From Octopus vulgaris (Eukaryota), in the NCBI GenBank assembly GCA_951406725.2, contig OX597824.1, positions 52,266,001 through 52,330,000 on the forward strand: a stretch of DNA of 64,000 nucleotides, in the 5' to 3' direction. The notes beneath the pieces are model-generated. The model made no database searches, had not been told where the DNA came from, and saw only the letters and a list, made by a program, of their open reading frames with translations. A program made the position numbers and the translations under genes. Below are positions 54,177 to 64,000 of the stretch, piece by piece; within the stretch, counting starts at the first letter, position 1, and each line of letters starts with the position of its first letter.

Positions 54177-57100
54177 GGGTGGCCCAAAAGTAGGTTTACA
54201 GTTATCACGTAGGCACTTTAATTTCTTTTAAAACATTAAAACATTTTATTACATTTAAATATTTATTTTACAAACTGAAAAGAGATTTTGATAAAATTAA
54301 CTAAATTAGCATAGAATAATGTTTTCACATTTTATTATAATTAATATCTAAACTGTTAGTATATGAATGCGAAAGAGTTTGTTGAATAACTACACACACA
54401 CACACACTCACACGCACACACACACAAATATATATATATACATATTTCCACTTATGTTTTATGGCAGTACGTACATCAACACTCTATATGCTTATGCTGT
54501 GCTTTTTTATAATCCCATAGCCTAGCGTTTCGACTTATGGAATTCGATAGAATGAGGACTGGAGCCAATATGATCGGCTAAAGGCATTGTAGACGGTGCA
54601 CTAGCATGGCCACATTTCAAGGACTGAAGCAAATAAATATAAGACGTGTGTCTGTGTGTGTCTCTGTGTGTGTACGTATGGAGAATGACAAGTATGCATA
54701 TGTGTGTAATATATATATATATACATACACATACATACATACATACATACATACATACATACATACATACATACATACATACAAGCATGCTTGCATGCAT
54801 ATGCGTGTGTCTATGTGTGTGTAAATTCTCTTTTAATACTTTAGAAGTTTGTATTTGCTTTGGTTCTCGGTATACGTTAACGCCTTATTCCTCTCTGATT
54901 TGGAATTGAAATTTGATTTAAACAAAACAAACAGAAAAATTATTTTAAAAATACTATCAGAACTTCGGAGAATTATATCAGAAGATTTCGTAACCTGATT
55001 CCCAATATATTAATAAAACATTAATGGAAGTGTCAGAGCACTTCAGAAAATTGGCGTCTGTCTGTTAGTTATTGAATTTGGGCGTGAATTTCATCCGAAA
55101 TTGTATTCAATCTTGAATTACTTTATACACGACTGAAATACAGAATCGTCAACAATAATGCTTTTCGGTTGGCGAGATTCGAAATTGAAATCAGTTCACT
55201 TCGCTTATACTTCGCTTATGCTGTAAATAACCTTGAAAAAATGAAAATATTAATGTCACAGCATACTCACATTTACGACAAAACACTATTAATCTAATGA
55301 CTTTTGTTTATTTATGTAAGAAGTCATGATTTAGACTTGAAGCGAATGCTGCTCGGTGGAAATAATCATCCGGAACTTCAAATCGGCTTCGATTCCTTGT
55401 TCTAATCGTTTCATTTCAATTAGGCTATGGGTGAGTTGTGAAAAATCACAGTATCATGTGTTTCCTTAATAAATCCCATATATGTGTTAAGTCAAAAGCC
55501 ATACCCCAACCACATAGTTCTGGGTTCAGTCCCATTTTGTGAGTGGTTTTGGTACACAGAGACTAAAAGAAAAATCCCGCCGTGTACACACACAATGTAT
55601 ATATGTATATATATATATATACATACATACACACACACATATACACATGTGTGTGCGCGTGTGTGTGTGAGTGCGTGCGTGTATCTTTGTATCTGTGTTT
55701 GTCCTCCACCTCTGGTTGACGTGTTTAAGTCCCTATACACGTGCATCAGTATCTTCTTCAAGAAATATGCCCCATGTTTTCAATATATATACCAGGCGTG
55801 GAGTATGGCCGAGCTGTTCCTGCTAGATGCTTGTGTCTATATTACTCAAATCTGGTGCTATTTACTGGTTCTTTACTGCCATCAAATGCATTTAAATGCA
55901 AAGAAACAGTAAAAAGACAGAAAAGGAAAGGAAAAGGAAGAAAAAGAGGGGTAGAAAGCAGCAAAAATTGGAAGGGAGGGGATGATGGGTCACACACCCT
56001 GAATAAAAGGTGCGCTCAGCTTCAATAAAATCGATGACAGAAATCAAAATTGTTCCTTATCCTTTAGTTTTCGACCAGATTCTTCGAGCAGATATGATGA
56101 AAGCTCTTCCAGCCGTGAAAATGTTGTCTGTTATAGGTAGTTCATCTCAAACTACATTACATAATACATCGTATTCTGCTTCTTTTAAGACAAAAACAAG
56201 CCCTAAGTTGCCATTTCAAAGAGATTGGGCCGCAATGTCTGGAAGGTCGAGCGATAACAAAGGATTCTTTGTTGACTCCTAAAAGATGAGGTTGAATCTT
56301 TTAGGAGTGATCATGTGTAAGTGTATGTGCGTGTGGATTGGTGTGTGTGCGTGTGTGTGTGTGTGGATGTGTGTGCGTGTATGTGCGCGCGCATACGTGC
56401 TTATACATTCCCTTTTATACATAAAACCGAACAGAATGCCAGGTGTTAATTTGTTTGGATGAGCTTTGCTTTTCATCTTTCCGAACTCGATAAAATAATG
56501 TACCAGTCAAGTACTGTGTCAATATAACCGACTAACTTCTTCTCTTCAATTTCCCGGCTGTCTGCTTACATTGTTTCCTTTCCATTTTAGCAATAAAACG
56601 GGGAATTTAATCTAAACACTCTACTATCTTTAAAACCTTGAAAATTAGAAGTAATAAACGTCATATTATTTCAAGTTTTCTGAATTTTCAATCATATTTC
56701 GCATATAATGCTACTTAAATTCTCAATTTGAAGTTAAGCATGGAAAATTAAATATTTAAACAATAGCATCCATGGAGATATGGGATGGCGTGGCAGTGAA
56801 TTTATCACTGCTTTTTAAATGACACCGATCTTGTTTCTCTTATAAGCCGAATATACTTAGAAAGGTTTGTAGCAAACATTGTAAGTGTATTTTAAAAATG
56901 TATACCTTGTACTCTACCACGCTATTGCAGCCACCGGAAAATACTCAAAGCATATATGTTAAGTATATGTGGTTAATAATATTTATTATACTAGGGCTAT
57001 TTGTATTTCATATGTAAATTTTCTCTTTGGTATGCAATTTCTGGGCATGCTAGCACACGGTTTTTCAAGCAATGAGCATATAAATCGTAGACTGGCTTGA

Positions 57101-57184
57101 TGACTTGCCTTCAACCCTGGCGGCTATGTGATGTTGACAAACCACAAAAATGGCGAAACATCGGTGTCCATCATTCTCAAACGG

Positions 57185-57350
57185 TACAGTTCTATATTTA
57201 AGAGATGAGGAATTATGTACATTATTTACATTTGATGGATATTTGTCCTCATCTTGTTGTTCACACAACGCTTCGGCAGATATACCCTCCAGCCTTCATC
57301 AGGAGCCTTGGAGAAATTTTGAACCTGGGTTCTCATTCCTAAGGTATTTC
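57185..57350 (-). mobile_element. inverted copy of the hammerhead-bearing tail
   Basis: Reverse complement aligns with 60788-60935 and includes CTGATGAAGGCTGGAGGGTATATCTGCCGAAGCGTTGTGT. Confidence 0.85.
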
Positions 57351-57425
57351 GGGAATATGGCGTAGAGGTTAAGAGCGCGGGCTACTAACCCCAAGATTCC
57401 GAGTTCGATTCCAGGCAGTGACCTG
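57351..57425 (+). mobile_element. tRNA-derived SINE head with Pol III A and B boxes
   Basis: TGGCGTAGAGG (A box), anticodon-like arm GGG-CTACTAA-CCC, GTTCGATTCC (B box); no proper acceptor stem; runs into (AAT)n. Confidence 0.75.
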
Positions 57426-57438
57426 AATAATAATGATG

Positions 57439-57507
<69 letters not shown>

Positions 57508-57513
57508 GTAATA

Positions 57514-57567
<54 letters not shown>

Positions 57568-57591
57568 GTAATAATAGTAATAATAGTAATA

Positions 57592-57658
<67 letters not shown>

Positions 57659-57661
<3 letters not shown>

Positions 57662-59773
57662 GGCTTTTGATAGCCTACCACATAAAAAGGCTTTTGATAG
57701 CCTACCACATAGCTGGATTAAGAAATGCCTAGAAATGTATAAGATAGCACCTACTCTGCGAAACTTTTTGTCTGTAAGTATGAGATCATGGAGAACCACA
57801 CTAACTTTGAACAGTGACAATGAATCTCTAAATGCTGGTGATGTAAAAATTTCATGTGGCATTTTCCAGGGTGACTCACTATCACCACTCCTCTTCTGTT
57901 TAGCCTTAATACCTCTCTCAAAACTGCTCAATGATGTGCAGTACGGATATAAAATGTTTGATAAAAATATAAATCATCTCATTTACATGGATGATTTAAA
58001 GCTCTTTGCAAAAAATGACCAACAACTCAAGGGCTTACTAGCGATTGTCAAACAATTCAGTGATGACATCAGAATGCAATTTGGCCTCGATAAGTGTGCA
58101 AAAGCTACCTTTATCAAAGGAAAAATGATAGAAACATCTAACGTTAACCTTGACCAGCAGAATGTCATAAAAGAATTAGACCCAGCAGAGAACTACAAGT
58201 ATCTTGGGATAATTGAAGGAGAAGGAATAAGGCATTCATAAATGAAGGAAAGGATCAGGAGAGAATGTTATCGCAGAGTAAGAGCAATACTCAAGACAGA
58301 GCTGAATGCGAGAAACAGGATCGAAGCGATCAATGCATTAGCCATACCAGTTGTGACTTACAGTTTCAATATCGTTAACTGGTCAATTACTGAAATATGT
58401 AATCTTGACAGAAAAATACGAAAACTGTTGACAATGCATAGAATGCACCAACCTAAGGCAGATACAGAACGACTTTATCTGCCAAGAAAAGAGGGAGGCG
58501 GTGGACTTTTACAACAGGCAATAACAATGAAGATTGCTACAATTGGCCTAGACACCTACCTGAAAAACTCTGAGGACTGGATGTTAAAACTTGTCTCAAA
58601 ACATGAAAACAAGAAAGTATCATACTCAGTAACAAAACAGGCAAAGGAATATCTAAGTGAATTCCGAATGCAACAAATTTCGGAATTAGAGATAGACATA
58701 CAAGAAACAGGCACAGAAAAAGCTAAGCGCATGAAAACCCGTGCCAAATCTGCGGCCTTAGATATTCTGAATGATAAATGGCAAGAAAAACCTCTCTATG
58801 GCAAATACCCAAAGAGAGCAAATAATGCAGATGTTGACAAAGCCCTGACCCATCAATGGCTCATGGCCTCTGGCTTAAAATATGAAATAGAGGGGTTTAT
58901 CATAGCAGCTCAAGATCAATGCCTACCAACAAGAAACTACCAGGCCAACATATTAAAGATCAGAAGCAGTCCAACGTGTCGTGTATGCCAGCAACAAAAT
59001 GAAACCATTGACCATGTGGTCTCCAAGTGCAGTCTTCTAGCGCCTACAGAGTATCTCAACAGGCACAATAGAGCTGCGCAATATAAAACCTGGATTTGCC
59101 CCATGAAAAAAACTGGTGGGAACACAAACCACCCCCAGTGCTTGAAAATGACCACATCTCACTCCTCTGGAACTTCACCATTCAAACTGACAGAAAGATA
59201 GATGCAAATAGGCCAGACATCATATTGAAAGACTTCAAACAAAGAACATGCCTCCTCATTGATATGACTGTCCCAATCGATATAAACGTATCTGTCAAGA
59301 CCTACCAAAAACTGAGCAAATATAAAGATCTTGAAATAGAAATCAGCAAAATGTGGAACCTGAAGACTAAAACAATACCTGTTGTCTGAAGTCTTTCAAT
59401 ATAACGTCTGGGAATGATAGCAAAAGGGGCTGATAGCTACCTAACTCAGATACCAGGAAACCCAAAAATGGCAGAAATTCAAAAGATAGTGCTCATGGGA
59501 ACTGCTCATATCATACGCAAAATACTTTCTATGTAATATCAAGGTTTAAAACAAACATAATTTTCGGTTTAAAAAAAAAAAGAAGAAAAATTTTTTATTT
59601 ATTTTTTTTAATTTTTAGACATTCGTTAGTACAATACCAAAAACTCCCCCCCCCCCAAATATATGGCACACTAGGCATAACAGCAACATGAACTTCCAAC
59701 CCTGTTGTCTCTTGAGGTCTCTGGGTGAGACTTGGAGCCAACTTGTACAAATATAAAGCAAAAGTCAAACATA

Positions 59774-59775
<2 letters not shown>
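57659..59775 (+). mobile_element. R4/Dong-like LINE, family C
   Basis: ORFs 57735-58241 (YMDD) and 58242-59201 are in one frame separated by a single stop; near-identical to 44088-46148. Confidence 0.95.
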
Positions 59776-59857
<82 letters not shown>

Positions 59858-59862
59858 TAATA

Positions 59863-60768
59863 ATAATGCCGATGTTGACAAATCCCTTACTCTCAATGGC
59901 TAATGGCTTCTGGCTTAAAATCAGAAACAGCCCAAGATCAATTAGCAGCCCAAGATCAATGCCTACCTACAAGGAACTACCAGGCCAATATATTAAAGAA
60001 CGGCACCTTCACAATCTGTCATGTATGTCAACAACAAAATCAGACCATTGATCATGTTGTCTCCATGTGCAGTTTTCTTGCGCCTAGAGAGGATCTCAAC
60101 AGGCATTATAGAGCTGCACAATATATTCACTGGGTAATTTGCAAAAACCTGGTTTTGCTCCATGATAAAAACTGGTGGGAACACAAACCACCTGCTGTGC
60201 TTGAAAATGATCACATTCTCTGGAACTTACCATTCAAACTGACAGAAAGATAGATGCAAATAGGCCAGACATTATATTGAAAGACTTCAGACAAAAATCA
60301 TGCCTCCTCATTGATAATACTATCCTAATCGATATAAACGTATCTGTCAAGACCTAAAAACTGAGCAAATATAAAGATCTTGAAATTGAAATTAGCAAAA
60401 TGTGGAACCTGAAGACTAAAACAATACCTGTTGTCATAGGTGCCCTGGGAATGATAGCAAAAGGGGCTGATTGCTACCTAGCTCAGATACCAGGAAACCC
60501 CAAAATGGTAGAAATTCAAAAGATAGTGCTCATGGGAACTGCCCATATCCTACGTAAAATACTGTCTATGTAATCTCAAATTCTAAAAGAAACACATAAT
60601 TTTCTTATGGTTCCTTAAATATTCTCTAGAACAACGCTATGTACAAAACCAAATATATGACACCCTAGGCATAGCACCAACATGAATTTCTAACTTGATG
60701 TCTCTTGAGGTCTCTGGGTGAGACTTGGATCCAACTTATACAAGTGCAAAGCAAAAGTCAAACATAAA
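59863..60768 (+). mobile_element. R4/Dong-like LINE 3' fragment, family C relative
   Basis: ORF 59903-60253 (AAQDQCLPTRNY...CHVC...DHVVSMC); (AAT)n on both sides. Confidence 0.9.
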
Positions 60769-60833
60769 ATAATAATAATAATAACATCGAAAAATACCTT
60801 AGGAATGAGAACCCAGGTTCGAAATTTCCTCAA

Positions 60834-60879
60834 GACACCTGATGAAGGCTGGAAGGTATATCAGCCGAAACGTTGTGTT
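60834..60879 (+). ncRNA. minimal type I hammerhead ribozyme-like motif
   Basis: GACAC CTGATGA A GGCTG-loop-CAGCC GAAA CGT T GTGTT: intact core, 5-bp stems I and II, palindromic ACGT in place of stem III. Confidence 0.65.
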
Positions 60880-61506
60880 AACAACAAAGAAGATGAGGAC
60901 AAATATCGTCAAATATAAATAGTGTAAATAATTCTCAAATGGGTCTGAAGGTGAGTTAACTGGCCTAAGGTGTTTTAACAACCCGGTACTTTGAAAGTAC
61001 CACGCTATTGTAGCCACCGGAAAATACACAAAGCGTATACATTAAGTATTTGTGATTTAATACTTATTGTACTAGAGCTGCTTTTACTTCACATGTAATC
61101 GCTTCTAAACTTCAAGCTTATAAAATTCTATTATTATTATTATTATTTAGAGAATTGTAAAGATCAACGGTGCTTACCAAAAACCATCGCAGAAGATGCA
61201 TCTCATCGTCAAGGGAACAGACGCGACGGAAAATAACCGACGTCAAGGGACTGAGATCAGACGTTGAAGACACAAAGATCGACTCGCACTACTTTGTTCC
61301 CATCCCATCCCCACTTGCGATGTTTCCCACCGGCTTTTCTATGGCCTGAACAATTACCCGAGGAATCGGCAGTCTTCGCACCCTTTAGGATGAAGAGCCT
61401 CAATCACTCGCTAGATATCTACGAATTGGATACGGGTTTACGCTGACAACAATACATACATACACACACACGCACACACACATACGCAAACACACATATA
61501 CGCTCA

Positions 61507-61548
<42 letters not shown>

Positions 61549-63172
61549 TATCCAACACGTACGCTTATACTTTGGTGATGAGATGTATTCTGTGTCCTTT
61601 TCCGTTAATGTTTTTCCACGACCCGCTTTAGTTTTGACAACTATTTGTGTGTTTATATATGTTTGTACATATATGTATGCATGCATGTATGTATGTATGT
61701 ATGTATGTATGTATGTATGTATGTATGTATGTATGCATGCATGCATGTATGTATGTATGTATGTATGTATGTATGTATGTATGTATGTATGTATGCATAT
61801 AGAAACGTATCATATTCATGTATTCAGTAGCATATACGTTTTAAGTGATGCATATATGTCCATACCTTTGTCAGTCAATGCATCTGACATTCATATACCG
61901 TTATCGGAAGGAGACATCAGGAGGGTAATGATTTATTAGGTATTAATGGGAACATTGCTATTACTATATGAAATTACAATGTAAACTACACAGAAAATCG
62001 ACGTTTTTCATAATAAAACTATTGTATAGGTTGATGTGCCGGGTATACTTACATTGAAACGTTTAGGAATGGCAACAATTTTTGGACAGATGTGGCACGC
62101 TCTGGACACCCTGGTGACTTGTTGATAACTTAATGTTATTTACACTCAGGGTTATTTCCCTCGTCTGTCAAAGACTTAGCTAATAAATTTAATTAATATC
62201 CTGTTGCCACCCATACACACTACAAAGTCATGGTAAAATCATTGGAAAATCATTATCATGCGTTTTGTCAGTCAATAACCTAAGAGACATTTCACGGCCC
62301 TTAACACTTGTCATCCTATAGCTACATATTTATTTAATCATGAATATAAATAAACATTACTCCACCACCACCACCACTACCATCACCACCATCACTAAAG
62401 TGCATGAAAATGAGAAAGTCCACAGCCAAATATCTTTTAGGCATCAGAAGATTTACTATGTAATTTTGTATTTTCTTCAGATATACAACCTATGAGACTA
62501 TATGATACTGTATCATGCCTAGTATTGCTGAGAAGATAGATTGGAGTAAAAACCTAAGTAAAATGTTAAGGTTACCGAAATAAGATTATGCATTATCATG
62601 AACCTTCTGGCACTATCTTCAGATGTATTGAATGTTAATCTATAATTGAAGTGCAATTATACAATTGCTATAACATTAAGGTCGACTGGTGATTGCATGG
62701 AAACGACAGGAAAAATCAACCTTTTCTTAACTGGGCGCGGGACTGTATTCCACACTTCATACTAATAATCGACCCTTTAAAACTATGACTACTACTGACA
62801 ATAAGGATTTCTAACATTGGCGGAGTGCCATTCATTTTAACCGAAGGAAAACTGGTTAAATCATCCCCAATAATCACACTAGTTTCATTGATCCTGAATG
62901 GGTGAAAAACCAAACTGATTTTAACGAGATTTGGACTCAGAACGCATACACATGTAGCTAAATATCGTAAGCAGTTTGTTAGGCATTCTACCGATCCTCC
63001 CACCCACTGACATATACTTTTGCATATGACGGACAGAATATCTAAACACATTATTTTCATACTATATATATATATATATTACACACATATGCATACTTGT
63101 CATTCTCCATACGTACACACACAGAGACACACACAGACACACGTCTTATATTTATTTGCTTCAGTCCTCGAA

Positions 63173-63251
<79 letters not shown>

Positions 63252-63297
63252 ATACATACACAACTGTGTATATGGATGCGTGTGCATATATATATAT

Positions 63298-64000
63298 GCC
63301 CAATTTCCGGAAGAAATACCAAAAAGAATCAGTAAAGAATTCATAACTAAATCGGTTGAATTCATCCTACAAAATAACCACTTCATGTTTGACAATACGT
63401 TTTACCGACAAAAATCCGGAATTGCTATGGGTACTAGGGCAGCACCAATCATTGCGAACCTAACAATGGACTACCTGGAGGTAATAATATACCAGGAATC
63501 ATTATCTACCTTTGGAAACTACCTTTCCCAATACATAAAAGAAAATTGGAAAGGTTTCCTAGACGACTGCTTCATACTCTGAAATGAAACCACATATAAA
63601 CTCCTGAAATTCAAAAGACTATTGAACAGCGTCAACCCAAACATACAGTTCACCAAAAGGGGCTCCCATTCTTAGATATACTAATTAAAAATATAAACCT
63701 AAAAATAGAAACAGACATATTCTACAAAACCACGAACGCCAAACAGAATCTGCTATTTAATTCATGTCACCCAAGACACACCAAAACAAACATCCCCTTC
63801 AACTTTGCAAGAAGACTATGCACAATAGTGTCAGAACAAAATACCAGAAACTTTAGACTGCAAGAACTCAAAAACACCCTAATTGACAGACACTACCCAG
63901 TCCAACTCATAGAGGATGGAATCAGACGTGCAACACAAATCGACATAGAAACCTTAAGAATAGTTCAACACAGCAGCACACCTTCTCCGAAAATACTGCC
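63298..64000 (+). mobile_element. Penelope-like element RT fragment, continuing beyond the window
   Basis: ILQNNHFMFDNTFYRQKSGIAMGTRAAP, WKGFLDDCF, NIQFT, PFLDI, FNSCHPRHTK; stop codon and frameshift present. Confidence 0.9.

Noticed and set aside
54173-54215. TA-CAGGGTG Tc1/mariner-like terminus
   Set aside because: No matching second TIR was found.
57351-57425. Functional tRNA gene
   Set aside because: The acceptor stem does not pair, the ACT anticodon is atypical, and it runs into (AAT)n; better explained as a SINE head.

Overview
Repeat-saturated, AT-rich animal genomic DNA. The SINE and microsatellite content resembles cephalopod (Octopus-like) genomes; that is inference, not a search result. 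No host gene can be called with confidence. The window holds about 20 mostly 5'-truncated RLE-type (R4/Dong-like) non-LTR retrotransposon fragments. Most are stacked head-to-tail inside (TAA)n tracts, and one family sits in (TACA)n. It also has Tx1/L1-like, RTE, HERO-like and Penelope-like fragments, three decayed mariner transposons (one with both TIRs) and two abundant SINE families. Main leads: (1) a tRNA-headed element with an internal (AAT)n and a hammerhead-ribozyme-like tail, preceded by an inverted copy of that tail and invaded by LINEs; (2) apparent partitioning of microsatellite targets among retroelement clades; (3) further minimal hammerhead motifs; (4) a two-tier 3' stem-loop shared by diverged RLE-LINE families; (5) recurrent rearrangements at one homologous LINE motif. 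Translations outside the ORF track and all RNA pairings were read by eye, boundaries are approximate, and family labels (A-G) are local to this window.
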